Positions 8,725-22,999 of a DNA stretch of 64,000 nucleotides are shown here, in pieces (within the stretch, counting starts at the first letter, position 1; every line of letters begins with the position of its first letter). The notes under the pieces were generated by a model, which had not been told where the DNA came from, made no database searches, and saw only the letters and a list, made by a program, of their open reading frames with translations. The position numbers and the translations under genes were made by a program. The stretch spans positions 1,346,213 through 1,410,212 of the forward strand of contig CM119268.1 of NCBI GenBank assembly GCA_051294375.1, in the 5' to 3' direction. This DNA comes from Paraspadella gotoi. Its lineage: Eukaryota; Animalia; Chaetognatha.

Positions 8725-10355
8725 TTTCGAATTTAAATTTTTGCCATTAAATTGCGTTGAATTTTATCGAGACTCGAGACTCAGTTCTGACGTCGAAACG
8801 GACTTTGTAACTAAGAATTTTCTTATCTATTTAATTCCTAACAGTTTTTATTCCTTTTTTTTAGTGAAATTTCGGAATTATTCGTTATCTCTTATTTCGA
8901 TGAGAAAAAAAAATAGATTACGCGACTCATTAATATGGCAGAAAAAAAAAACAATTTGACCGATTCCAAAGAATTAAGGAAGTTAAAAAAGTTTGAAATA
9001 CCCATTATTAATCATTTCATTTAATAATTTGTAGTGGAGAACAGACACACCCGTCGAAAGAGTTTTATTTATTTTTTTTTAATATCAAAAACGATATTAA
9101 GATATTAAGATATTAAGTTTGTTCATGGATAATAGTTTTAAAAAACATATTTATTTTTATCCATTGCTCGTAGCTTCCTAAAATTAAAAAGCTGTCACTC
9201 TTTAAGGTCAGATGAACAATTGAACATTATGTTGCTTTCAAAAGATCCCAATAAAACTCTAATAATTTACATTGATCAATTTGATCAAAACATTTCTTCA
9301 TGTTTTCATCTTTTGTTTTTTCGACCATTTAACGATCAAGGACTTTGAAATATATACATTCTTTCTCCAATATATTCAAATAAACTTATTTTTAAGAGTA
9401 AAAGATGATATTTTGTTTCACTCCGTAAAAATCCCTGTTCTGAACGCCCTGCAGTGTTGAAAATAAAAAACTAAGTCGCGAACAAAAGAACATTCCTTGA
9501 GAATTGAGGTTTCCTAAAGCAATTGCTAAATCGTACAAGAAAATTTGACGGGCTATCTTCGTGGCCTGAATAGCGCATTAATCTTCCGGTTTCCACGAAC
9601 TGGTGATTTAAGGATTAAACCCGACTCACATGACTTCATCTCACCTATCGAGGGACTGCTTTGCACTTTATCACTTATCACTTTTATTCATAGATCACTT
9701 GTAAACTATGACGCCATCAAGCGGGGCCTTCGCCGACATGAAACGCTTGAAAATCGGTAGCAACCAATTGATATAAAAATTTGGCGATAGCTTTTTTTAT
9801 AAATAATTAATACTGTAATAATTAATACCAAAAGAACTAGGATGGCGGCGGCAAAGATATTTTTAAAATCTCGCTGGTATAGCACATCATGAACTAGAGA
9901 CAAATAGAAATAGTTTAAACTTTTTTTAATTCACAAATAAGAATATTTATAGAATGCGTACTAGTCATACTGAACTAAATTATGATGCACAGAAAATGTG
10001 AAACGTAATCGTTAAAATTGACCTTCAAACAAAAAAAGTACAATACCGTACAATACAATACAATACAGTACAAGAGTAAATACAAGTGAAAAACATTTAT
10101 CGCGAAGCTTAAGGTCAAAATTTGGGTGTCGTCTCAACACGAATGTACAAATAATTTGATCAAGATGCAGTCATCAAGATGCAGTCATCAAGATGCAGTC
10201 GTCGGAACGTAGAGAATGCAGTCAGCTGCGATCACGAAATGCGGGCGTGACCCTCGGAGGCGGATCAGTCGTGACCTCAATGGCAGAAGACGACCGACGA
10301 TCGCGTGAGATCTCACCGGAAAAGTTTTTTTTTGTCCTGTGAATTTCGTGACACG

Positions 10356-10486
<131 letters not shown>

Positions 10487-13400
10487 CGCATGCAATCACA
10501 TGTTTTGCATTATTAATCGTGACGAATTCGTTAGCTTAGACTTTTACCGAAAGAATTCAGTAAAAATGATTATTATAAATCCTTTAATGATAACTAAATC
10601 AAAATCATAACATAAATATAAAAATAATAAAAACCAATAAAAATATATAAAACTATTTTTAACAAAGGAATAATAGTTATTCGGGCGGGGCCTTTGTGAA
10701 AAAAAAAAACAAAAAAAAACGAAGTTCCTACTTTTGGGATCATTTTGTTTATAGAAAATGGTTTTTAAAAACATTCAAGTCTTTCTTGGCCAAATGTTCT
10801 AAAAAAACTGGAGCCAATCGAAAGATTTTTTTTGTTTTTGTTTTTAAATTCATTTTACGATTTAAAAAAATGTTCATAACAATACTTATTCGGCCCACAC
10901 GGCGTAATTAAAACTAATCGACAAAAAAAAAAAACTGTTATTTAAAATGATAATTTTGAAAATTGTGAAAAAGATGGTTGAGAAATGATTATAATCGTTA
11001 AAAATTTAAATACATTTGATCCGAAATGTATGAAAGGACGGATAAAATTAATAAAATCGGATATCCGTTATAAACGGTCGAAATGAAAATCAAAATTGAT
11101 GGGAAGAACAGTGAATATCGAACGATCGATCCGTTTTCAGTCAACCTCGACTGTTTTTGACTTTCAGTTTCGTTTGGTTCAAAATGAGAATTTTTTTTTA
11201 GTTTAACTTAAAAGTTTTTCGATTTTTTAAATTTTTTTTTTTTGTCTGTAGAATACAATTTCTTCCGGGGAAATATCGATGTGAAGGCTTTGTGCTCAAA
11301 ACATACTTCTTTACATTCCATACGTTAAAATGTTAATTAATATGCGAACATAAAGAAGTATGGATCTTTCAAAAGCGCATTCAATTATTTTTTTTTTTTT
11401 TTTTGAGGTCGATGTGCATTTGTGAAGGGTTCTCGCGAAAAGTCGGTCTGAAAACTAAAATTCGCCTGAAGGTTTTAAAATTAAGAATTCGTCGAAAGGT
11501 TTCTTCCCGACATTTTTTTCTTAAAATATAAATCGTAAAAAAGTTTAAATATCCAGATTAGGTTTACGAATTGTACAGACTGTACTACAGACTCGTGTAG
11601 CAAACCGAAGGNNNNNNNNNNNNNNNNNNNNNNNNNNNNNNNNNNNNNNNNNNNNNNNNNNNNNNNNNNNNNNNNNNNNNNNNNNNNNNNNNNNNNNNNN
11701 NNNNNNNNNNNNNNNNNNNNNNNNNNNNNNNNNNNNNNNNNNNNNNNNNNNAGAGCAGAAAAACAGCCAGTAATTGATGCTTGAGTCTTGAACTGGCTTT
11801 AATTCAATCACAGGCTTTCACGGGGAAGGGATATGTCAGCCCTTTCCCCAAATGACGTTGAGAGAGGAAGAAGGGAAAAAAAAATTAAAATAAAGAAAGA
11901 GAGGGTGAGATGAAAAAGAGAAAGGGAAAAAAAGTTAAAAAGAGGAGAATTAAATTGAAAAGAAAAAGGGTAGAAAATAAAAGATGGATAAATTAATTAT
12001 TAGACATAAAATTTTCTTTAGAATGGATTTGAGGTTGAAATTTAATGATTTTGACGTTGAAAAAATTGTCTGAAAGATGGAAGTGAACGGGCAGTGAACG
12101 GGCAGATGTTTCACATCTTTCGAATATGTGATTTTTTTTTTTTTTACAGATCGTTGAAGTTGCGTCGGGCAAGATTTTGCTAATTATCATTGGGCAAAGA
12201 TTTGCGATAAATCCTAAACAAAGATTTAGTTCAAAATATATTTCCGAGAATTTAATCCGGTTTAAATCTGGGAGAGAAAAAAAAAATTTATTCGAAGCTG
12301 AAAAAGTCGATTTCTCGTCTGATTTTGAGTTTCGAAAAAAATAAAAATATCGAAAAGATGAGGAGAANNNNNNNNNNNNNNNNNNNNNNNNNNNNNNNNN
12401 NNNNNNNNNNNNNNNNNNNNNNNNNNNNNNNNNNNNNNNNNNNNNNNNNNNNNNNNNNNNNNNNNNNNNNNNNNNNNNNNNNNNNNNNNNNNNNNNNNNN
12501 NNNNNNNNNNNNNNNNNNNNNNNNNNNNNNNNNNNNNNNNNNNNNNNNNNNNNNNNNNNNNNNNNNNNNNNNNNNATTCTCAACATGAAATTTAGTAACT
12601 GGTGACTAAGGAAAAAGAAAACTACATGAATTAAAGTTCAAATCCCGTGTAAATCCAATAGGGAGAAAGAATGAAGATTTAGTCCGGATTTATGATCCCG
12701 AGTTCGGATTTATTTTTCTAGTCCCGACCCGCGAGACGAATACTTGATCAATCGTTCAAATCAATCAATCAATTCAATCAATCATTCAGCATCGATGAGT
12801 TGAAATTGGGAGGTCAAAATGAGGACGATGACGATAACAACAACAATTAAATGAGGACGAGGAACGACGACGATGACGACGACGACGATGACGACAACAG
12901 GGATGTGTAATGGTTGAAATAAGTTGTTCAGTGAAAATTAATCCTTTACTTAAGGATATTAATATATTCAGGGAAAACGTTCGTTAAAATTTGGTAAAAT
13001 GGTNNNNNNNNNNNNNNNNNNNNNNNNNNNNNNNNNNNNNNNNNNNNNNNNNNNNNNNNNNNNNNNNNNNNNNNNNNNNNNNNNNNNNNNNNNNNNNNNN
13101 NNNNNNNNNNNNNNNNNNNNNNNNNNNNNNNNNNNNNNNNNNNNNNNNNNNNNNNNNNNNNNNNNNNNNNNNNNNNNNNNNNNNNNNNNNNNNNNNNNNN
13201 NNNNNNNNNNNNNNNNNNNNNNNNNNNNNNNNNNNNNNNNNNNNNNNNNNNNNNNNNNNNNNNNNNNNNNNNNNNNNNNNNNNNNNNNNNNNNNNNNNNN
13301 NNNNNNNNNNNNNNNNNNNNNNNNNNNNNNNNNNNNNNNNNNNNNNNNNNNNNNNNNNNNNNNNNNNNNNNNNNNNNNNNNNNNNNNNNNNNNNNNNNNN

Positions 13401-13645
13401 NNNNNNNNNNNNNNNNNNNNNNNNNNNNNNNNNNNNNNNNNNNNNNNNNNNNNNNNNNNNNNNNNNNNNNNNNNNNNNNNNNNNNNNNNNNNNNNNNNNN
13501 NNNNNNNNNNNNNNNNNNNNNNNNNNNNNNNNNNNNNNNNNNNNNNNNNNNNNNNNNNNNNNNNNNNNNNNNNNNNNNNNNNNNNNNNNNNNNNNNNNNN
13601 NNNNNNNNNNNNNNNNNNNNNNNNNNNNNNNNNNNNNNNNNNNNN

Positions 13646-13683
<38 letters not shown>

Positions 13684-14082
13684 CGTACATCCACGTGGTT
13701 TCAGTACCCAAGCTATCTTTTACCCAGGAGCATCACAAAAGCAGATAAGAAAAAAAAAGAAGCGAAAGGAAAAAAAAGAAACGTGATTTGTAACAAGGAA
13801 AGAACGGAGAAAGGGTAGAGAACCAGGGGCGAAACAGGGGGAGCAGAGTTGAATAATGACGAAGGGAGAAGTAGGAAAAATAAAGGAAAATGAGAAAAAA
13901 AAAGAAAAGAAAAGGAAAATAAGGGAAACTGAGATAAAAATAAAAATTTGGAAGAAAAACGATGTGAATTTATAGAAAAGAGAAAGAAATGAAATAAGAG
14001 GAACGGAGAGAGAACGAACCCTTAAAATATATATTAATATTAAATTAATAAGTAAAAAAAAATAAGAGAATTACATGTTTGC

Positions 14083-14123
<41 letters not shown>

Positions 14124-15273
14124 NNNNNNNNNNNNNNNNNNNNNNNNNNNNNNNNNNNNNNNNNNNNNNNNNNNNNNNNNNNNNNNNNNNNNNNNNNNNN
14201 NNNNNNNNNNNNNNNNNNNNNNNNNNNNNNNNNNNNNNNNNNNNNNNNNNNNNNNNNNNNNNNNNNNNNNNNNNNNNNNNNNNNNNNNNNNNNNNNNNNN
14301 NNNNNNNNNNNNNNNNNNNNNNNNNNNNNNNNNNNTTGGCCGAAAATAATTAGTTAGGATTGTATACGTTACGACTCGTCGTTGATTACTTTCTGCTCGA
14401 AAGAATTTCTCTCTTAAAAAAAAGTTCAAAATCGAATTTCGAATCGAGTCACGGACGGCACAGTGGCTTAACTCAAAAAAGTGTTAAGAGACTGGCAGCC
14501 TGACACAGTGATTCTATGAGAAACAAAGAGGACAAGCAGATAGTTTTGATCCCGCAGAATGGCGATTGGTGGGTCCGGAGAAGAGTGGGTTTTAGGCGTA
14601 AGTGGGCTGAGATGACTATCCCGTAACTATGGAACGGGTCTTGGGCTTGGAACCAGGCTTGAGGGTTCGCCACACAACAAGGCGGCTTACGGCCGCCTCA
14701 CGCTTCCCGCAGGGTAGGTACCGGGTTGGGATTAAACCGGTACCTAGTGGTCATGAGCTGATGGCTTTACTCAATGAGCCACCGGGTCACAACTGAAAGT
14801 GTCATGCTTATAGGCGGGTGAACCTAGGCAATGCACGACTACAGTATATACCTTGAGGTCTCTTTATACAAGTTTTCCTCTGTGAGGAGGTGCTGTAACT
14901 GAAATTTGTAGCGATCTGACTTTGCCTAGAAACGCCTGGCACAGTGTTTCAAAGACGGCTGGTACAGTGAGTCAGCGCCCAGGATGACCTCACCGCCAGT
15001 TTGCTCAAATTTTTAAAAAAGGGAAAAAAAAGGAAATTGGTTTAATAAACAAGAAATGGTAAATTTAAAGTGTTGCCTGGATTTGATCACATTTCCAGAT
15101 AATTATGTCATTTCAAAAAAAAATATATATAGTATCTTACAGATGGTCATTTACATATAAAATATTAACTCAAATAATAAAATAATATGTAAAATATACT
15201 ACATTACCTTTTTCTTATTATGACTCTATTTTAAAGAATTAAAATTATTCAAAATATATATCAGACTAAAAGA

Positions 15274-15328
15274 GGGACGGACCGACTCATGACTTAAAAG
15301 AGTTGCTCCGTGTGTACGCAACTAAAAA
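15274..15328 (-). mobile_element. HINE-like terminal fragment (also near 19250, 23955, 28828 within duplicated unit; related fragment 62728-62792)
   Basis: GGACGGACCGAC..TGACTTAAAAGAGTTGCTCCG...GCAACTAAAAA is the reverse complement of the 58566 terminus. Confidence 0.55.
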
Positions 15329-15638
15329 GCTGATCGAGGATTTTTAAAATTAAAACGGATATAATTTCACCTGAGGTCGTCATTCAACAAAGTTCATTCA
15401 ATGGGAATCTGAAAATGTAATTACTGGCAATTATTTCAGCCGTCCGAATCATTTTCTTTGCTTAAGATTCACGCTTTATTTATCCTTTTTTTTTAAACTT
15501 GGACTTATTGCCGAGTACTACTTTAAAACTGTGAATAATCAATGTGGTTGGGTTTCTTGATAAATCGTAAATTGGTTAAAACCGCCCGTTAATTCGCTAT
15601 TTCTCCGGGGCAGATTAATCTGAGTTGTACAGCGTTTA

Positions 15639-15672
<34 letters not shown>

Positions 15673-16094
15673 NNNNNNNNNNNNNNNNNNNNNNNNNGGT
15701 AGAAAATAAAAGATGGAAATAAATTAATTATTAGACATAAAATTTTCTTTAGAATGATTTGAGGTTGAAATTTAATGATTTGACGTTTTGAAAATTGTCT
15801 GAAAGAATGGAAGTGAACGGGCAGGTGAACGGCAGATGTTTCACATCTTTCGAATATGTGATTTTTTTTTTTTTTACAGATCGTTGAAGTTGCGTCGGGC
15901 AGATTTTGCTAATTATCATGGGCAAAGATTTGCGATAAATCCTAACAAAGATTTAGTTCAAAAATATATTTCGAGAATTTAATCCGGTTTTAAATCTGGA
16001 GAGAAAAAAAAAATTTATTCGAAGCTGAAAAAGTCGATTTCTCGTCTGATTTTGAGTTCGAAAAAAAATAAAAATATCGAAAAGATGAGGAGAA

Positions 16095-16500
16095 ATGAAG
16101 ACAGTGAGATGAAGTGAAACCTGAAGACAGTGAGATGGCGTGAATGAGACAGTGAGATGAGGTGAACTGAAGACAGTGTGAGAATGTCAGGTGAAGACGT
16201 TGAAGACAGTGAGATGAGGTGAACTGAAGACAGTGGATGAGGTGAACTTGAAGACAGAGATGAAGTTGAACTGAGACAGTGATGAGGGTGAACTGAAGAC
16301 AGTGAAGAAGGTTGAATCTGAACATGAGATTGAGAACTTCTGAAGACAGTGAGATGAAGTGAACTGAAGACAGTTTGATGAAGTGAACTGAAAGACAGTG
16401 AGATTGAAGTGAACGAAGACAGTGAGATGAAGTGAACTGAAGACAGTGGATGAGGTGAAACTAAGACAGTGAGATGAAGTGAACCGAAGACAGTGAGAAA
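16095..16500. repeat. 24-bp minisatellite GAAGACAGTGAGATGAAGTGAACT (~17 units; also 20770-21190 and 31690-32095 reverse)
   Basis: Direct head-to-tail repeats without unique spacers; corresponds to N-gap 12368-12575 in copy 1. Confidence 0.95.
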
Positions 16501-17302
16501 GATTTGAAACGGTGATCATGCAGATTACATTCTCAACATGAAATTTAGTACTGGTGACTAAGGAAAAAAGAAAAAATAAGATTAAGTTCAAATCCCGTGT
16601 AAAATCCAATAGGGAGAAAGAATGAAGATTTAGTCGGATTTATGATCCCGAGTTCGGATTTATTTTTCTAGTCCCGACCCGCGAGAACGAATACTTGATC
16701 AATCTTCAATCCAATCAATCAATTCAACAATCATTCAGCATCGATGAGTTGAAATTGGGAGGTCAAAATGAGGACGAGGAAAACAACTGACGCACGATGA
16801 CGGACGACGCGATGACGCAACAGGGATGTGTAATGGTTGAAATAAGTTGTTCAGTTGAAATTAATCCTTACTTAAGGATATTAATAATTCCAGGCGGAAA
16901 ACGTTCGTTAAAATTTGGTAAAATGGTTATTGTGTTAACTTTAAAAAAAAAAACCTTTTCACAAGGAAGGAATTCAGTAACGAACTTTATCGATGACAAA
17001 GATGTTTTTTTTTTCTAACCAGAGATCGAGGCCTGACTCTCCCCCCCCCCCCATCCGCCCTCTGCCCGCTTTACACCCCCCTCCGCCCCCCTTTGCCCCC
17101 CCATATCTGCCCGCTTTGCCCTTCCCCCCCTTTGACGAGCCCAACGAGCGCGAGTCGAATCGCCGGTCGGCCAACTCCTAAAAAAAAGAAGAAAGAAAAA
17201 AAAAAGAAAACAAAAAATTCGTCTGGATGAAAGTTTTTTTTTTTTTTTTTTTTTGGTCGAGAAGTTGGAGAAGATTCTCTCTATGCAAAATAACTTGAAG
17301 AG

Positions 17303-17395
<93 letters not shown>

Positions 17396-18039
17396 AGAAG
17401 AAAAACCCGCGAATGAAACGTTAAAGTATATAAAAAGAGAGAGAGAGGGAATTTCTTGAGGCTGATAATTTTTCTTCTGCTGTAATTGAGTTATTGTGTA
17501 AAAAGGTGAGCCGGCCGTCTTAGAGAGAGAGAAAGAGAACGAGGAGAGAGAGAGAGAGACGAGAAGAGAGAGAGGAGAAGAGAGAGAGAGAGGAGAGAGA
17601 GAGCGAGAGAGAGGTACATCCACGTGTTTCAGTACCCAAGCTATCTTTTACCCAGGGCATCACAAAAGCAGATAAGAAAAAAAAGAAAGCGAAAGGAAAA
17701 AAAAAAAAAAAGAAAGTGATTTTGTTGTAACAAGGAAAGAACGGAGAAAGTGGTAGAGAACCAGGGGCGAAACAGGGGGAGCAGAGTTTGGAATAATGAC
17801 GAAGGGAAGAAGTAGGAGGAAAATAAAGGAAAATGATAAAAAAAAGAAAAGAGAAAGGAAAATAAGGGAAACTGAGATAAAAATAAAATTGGAAGAAAAC
17901 GATGTTGAATTTATTAGAAAAAGAGAAAGAAATGAAATAAAGAGGAAGGGAACCGGAGAGAGAACGAACCCTATAAATAATATTAATATAATTAATAAGT
18001 AAAAAAAAAAATAAGAGAATTTACATGTTTGCGATGACC

Positions 18040-18075
<36 letters not shown>

Positions 18076-18236
18076 CTCTCCTCTCTCTCTCTTCTCTCTC
18101 TCCTTGGAGAATCACATGGTTGCGAAACCGACCTCCATTGTAAGGGAATCTGCTAAAAAAACCAAAAAAAAACAGCACGTTAAAAACAACAATGATGATG
18201 AAACGAACTTAATTCTTTACCTCTCTCTCTCTCTCA

Positions 18237-18298
<62 letters not shown>

Positions 18299-18453
18299 CT
18301 CCCGATTGGCCGAAAATAATTAGTTAGGATTGTTATACGTTTACGACCGTCGTTGATTACTTTCTGCTCGAAAGAATTTCTCCTCTTTAAAAAAAAGTTC
18401 AAAATCGAATTTCGAATCGAGTCACGGACGGCACAGTGGCTTAACTCAAAAAA

Positions 18454-18980
18454 GTGTTAAGAGACTGGCAGCCTGACACAGTGATTCTATGAGAAAACAA
18501 AGAGGACAAGCAGATAGTTTTGATCCCCAGAATGGCGATTGGTGGGTCCGGGAAGAGTGGAGTTTTGTGGATAAGGCGCTAAGTGGGCTGAGATGACTAT
18601 CCTCGTAACATATGGGAACGGGTCTTGGGCTTGGAACCAGGCTTGAGTTCGCCACACAACCAAGGCGGCTTACGGCCGTCTCACGCTTCCCGCAGGGTAG
18701 GTACCGGGTTGGGATTAAACCCGGTACCTAGTGTCATGATGCTGATGGCTTTACTCAATGAGCCACCGGGTCACAACTGAAAGTGTCATGCTTATAGGCG
18801 GGGTGAACCAGGCAATGCACGACTACAGTTAACCTTGAGGTCTTTTATACAAGTTTTCTCTGTGGGAGGTGTGTAACTGAAATTTGAGACGATCTGACTT
18901 TGCCTAGAAACGCCTGGCACAGTGTTTCAAAGACGGCTGGTACAGTGAGTCAGCGCCCAGGATGACCTCACCGCCAGTTT
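18454..18980 (+). repeat. ~520 bp GC-balanced, highly base-paired non-coding element (copies 14481-15002, 23154-23684, 29166-29706 reverse)
   Basis: Stands out from AT-rich flanks; stems GGCGGC/GCCGTC, AGGTACCGGGTT/AACCCGGTACCT, GGCAA/TTGCC, terminal ACTGGC/GCCAGT; no ORF conserved between copies. Confidence 0.65.
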
Positions 18981-19631
18981 GCTCAAAATTTTTAAAAAAG
19001 GGAAAAAAAAGGAAATTGGTTTAAAAACAAGAAATGGTAAATTTAAGTGTTGCCTGGATTGATCACATTTCCAGATATTATGTCATTTCAAAAAAAATAT
19101 ATATAGTTCTTACAGATGGTCATTTACATATAAATATATTAACTCAAATAATAAAAATATATGTTAAAATATACTACATTACCTTTTTCTTATTATGACT
19201 CTATTTTAAAGATTAAATTATTTCAAATATATATACAGACTAAAAGAGGGACGGACCGACTCATGACTTAAAAGAGTTGCTCCGTGTGTACGCAACTAAA
19301 AAGCATGATCGAGGATTTTTAAAATTAAAACGGATATAATTTCACCTGAGGTCGTCATTCAACAAAGTTCATTCAATGGGAATCTGAAAATGTAATTACT
19401 GGCAATTATTTCAGCGCGAATCATTTTCTTTGCTAAATTCACGCTTTATTTATCTTTTTTTAAACTTGGACTTATTGCCGAGTACTACTTTTAAAACTGT
19501 GAATAATCAATGTGGTTGGGTTTCTTGATAAATCGTAAATTGGTTAAAACCGCCCGTTAATTCGCTATTTCTCCGGGCAGATTAATCTGAGTTGTACAGC
19601 GTTAACTTTCTCTCTCTCTCTCTCTCTCTCG

Positions 19632-19677
<46 letters not shown>

Positions 19678-19847
19678 CTCTCTCATCTTCCCAACATATT
19701 TTAATTTCTCCTTTATCAATTAATATAAGTGTCTTAAAGTTAAAGTTAATATATACAAAGCTCGGCGACTATAAATTTTCCGTTTCATGAAAGTTTTTTT
19801 TTTTTAAAAAGGGGCGATTTGAAAATAGAAAAACCTTGCGAGCGAGC

Positions 19848-19890
<43 letters not shown>

Positions 19891-20189
19891 GCGCTTCCTC
19901 CTTCTTTTCTCAAGGTATCAAAAAGACAAATGAAGATGAGAGTAAAGAGAAAGACGCCAACAGGAACCTGGTAGAAGAGGATGAGGAGGAGGAGGAGGAG
20001 GAAGAGGAGGGGGAGCTTTGGGGGAATGAGGGAGAGGAAGGAGGTGATGTAGGAGGAGGAGGAGCAGTGATGGAGGAGGAGGAGGAGCAGTGATGGTGGA
20101 GTGCGTAAATTAGACTGTGAAGCGTGAACAATGTGAGAGAATGAGGAGGAAGGGGAAGTTGAGAGAGAGATATAAATTCAGGCGTGTGG

Positions 20190-20225
<36 letters not shown>

Positions 20226-20363
20226 CGCATTCATCTCACATGCGGACCAAAACGGAGATTCAAAACGGGACGGGGACCCGAGATAAAAAATTAAAAAAAC
20301 GAAAGGAGAATTTTAAAAAAATATTAAAAACAAAATTANNNNNNNNNNNNNNNNNNNNNNNNN

Positions 20364-22008
20364 GGTAGAAAATAAAAGATGGAAACTTAAAAGATATAAA
20401 ATTAATTATTAGACATAAAATTTCTTTAGAATGGATTTGAGGTTAGAAATTATAGATTGAGTTTTGGAAATCGTCTGAAAGAAATTGGTGAACGGCGATG
20501 GTGCGCAGATGTTTCACATCTTTCGAATATGTGATTTTTTTTTTTTTTTTACGACGTTGAATTGCGTCGGGCAGATTTTGCTAATTATCATGGGCAAGAG
20601 ATTTGCGATAATCCTAACAAAGATTTAGTTCAAAAATATATTTTCGAGAATTTAATCCGCGTTTAAATCTGGATGAGAAAAAAAATTTCATTCGAAGCTG
20701 AAAAAGTCGATTTCTCGTCTGATTTTGAGTTTCGAAAAAAAATAAAAATATCGCATGAAGATGAGGAAAAGAAGACCAGTGAGATGAAGTGAAACCTGAA
20801 ACAGGAGATGGGTGAATGAGACAGTGAGATGAGGTGAACTGAAGACAGTGTGAGAATGTCGAGGTGAAGACGGGTTGAAGACAGTGAGATGAGGTGAACT
20901 GAAGACAGTGGGATGAGGTGAACTGAAGACAAGAGATGAAGTATGAACTGAAGACAGTCCGATGAGCGGTGAACTGAAGACAGTGAAGAAGGTTTGAATC
21001 TGAAACAGTGAGATTGCAGGTAACGTGTCTGAAGACAGTGAGATGAAGTGAACTGAAGACAGTTTGATGAAGTGAACTGATAGACAGTGAGATTGTAAGG
21101 AACGAAGACAGTGAGATGAAGTTGAACTGAAGACAGTGGATGAGGTGAAACTAAAGACAGTGAGATGAAGTGAACCGAAGACAGTGAGAAAGATTGAAAC
21201 GGTGATCATGCAGATTCATTCTCAACAGAAATTTAGTACTGGTTGACTAAGGAAAAAAGAAAAAATAAGATTAAGTTCAAATCCCGGTGTAAATCAATAG
21301 GGAGAAAGAATGAAGATTTAGTCGGATTTATGATCCCGAGTTCGGATTTATTTTTCTAGTCCCGACCCGCGAGAACGAATACTTGATCAATTCTTTCAAT
21401 CCAATCAATCAATCAACAATCATTCAGCATCGATGAGTGAAATTGGGAGGTCAAATGAGGACGACGGAACAACAACAATTGAGTGACGCGACGATGACGG
21501 AACGACGCGATGACTGCAACAGGGATGTGTAATGTTGAAATAAGTTGTTCAGTTGAAATTAATCCTTACTTAAGGATTATTAAGTAATTCCAGGCGGAAA
21601 AACGTTCGTTAAATTTGGTAAAAATGGTTATTGTGTTAACTTTAAAAAAAAAAACAACTTTCACAAGGAAGGAATTCAGAACGAACTTTATCGATGACAA
21701 AGATGTTTTTTTTTCTAACCAGAGATCGAGGCCTGACTCTCCCCCCCCCCCCACCGCCCTCTGCCCGCTTTACACCCCCTCCGCCCCCCTTTGCCCCCCC
21801 CCATATCTGCCCGGCTTTGCCCTTCCCCCCCCTTTGACGAGCCCAACGAGGCGAGTCAAATCGCCGGTCGGCCAACTCCTAAAAAAAAGAAGAAAGAAAA
21901 AAAAAAGAAAACAAAAAATTCGTCTGGATGAAAGTTTTTTTTTTTTTTTTTTTTTTGGTTCGACGAAGTTGGAGAAGATTCTCTCTATGAAAATAACTTG
22001 AAGAGTCC

Positions 22009-22059
<51 letters not shown>

Positions 22060-22932
22060 GAGGAGAGAGGAGAGAGAGAGAGAGAGAAGAGAGAGTAAGA
22101 AGGAAAAACCCGCGAATGAAACGTTAAATATATAAAAAGAGAGAGAGAGGGAATTTCTTGAGGCTGATAATTTTTCTTACTGCTGTAATTGAGTTATTGT
22201 GTAAAAAGGTCGAGCGCGGCCGTTCTAGAGAGGAGAGCAAGAGAGAGAGAGAGAGAGAGAGAGAAGGAGAGAGAGAGAAGAGGAGAGAAGAGGAGAGAGA
22301 GAGCGTAGACAGGTCATCACGTGTTTCAGTACCCAAGCTATCATTTACCCAGGGCATCACAAAAGCAGATAAGAAAAAAAAGAAGCGAAAGGAAAAATAA
22401 AAAAAAAGAGAACAGTGATTTTGTTGTAACAAGGAAAGAACGGAAGAAAGTGGGTAGGAACCAGGGCGCGAAACAGGGGGAGCAGAGTTTTGGATAATGA
22501 CGAAGGGAAGAAGTAGGAGGAAAAAATAAAGGAAAATGATGAAAAAAAAGAAAAGAAAGAAAGGAAAATAAGGGAAACTGAGATAAAAATAAAATTTGGA
22601 AGAAAAAACGATGTTGAATTTATTAGAAAAGAGAGAAAGAAATGAAATAAAGAGGAGGAGGGGAACCGGAGAGGAGAACGAACCCTATAAATAATATTAT
22701 ATAATTAATAAGTAAAAAAAAATAATAAGAGAATTACATGTTTGCGATGACCCTCTCTCTCTCTCTCTCCTCCTCTCTCTCTCTCTCCTCCCTCTCTCTC
22801 TCTTCTCTCTCTCCTTGGAGAATCACATGGTGCGAAACCGACCTCCATTGTAAGGGAATCTGCTAAAAAAACCAAAAAAAAACAGACGTTAAAAACACAA
22901 TGATGATGAAACGAACTAATATCTCTCTTCTC

Positions 22933-22999
<67 letters not shown>

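Noticed and set aside
12968-13818. ORFs spanning N-gaps (also 50099-51067)
   Set aside because: Consist of X residues from assembly gaps.
16095-16500. CRISPR-like regular array
   Set aside because: 24-bp units are head-to-tail with no unique spacers, no cas genes, eukaryotic context: a minisatellite.
18790-18812. Resemblance to SRP (7SL) RNA motif AAGGAGGGGTGAACC
   Set aside because: The following conserved helix 8 motif is absent and the rest of the element does not align.
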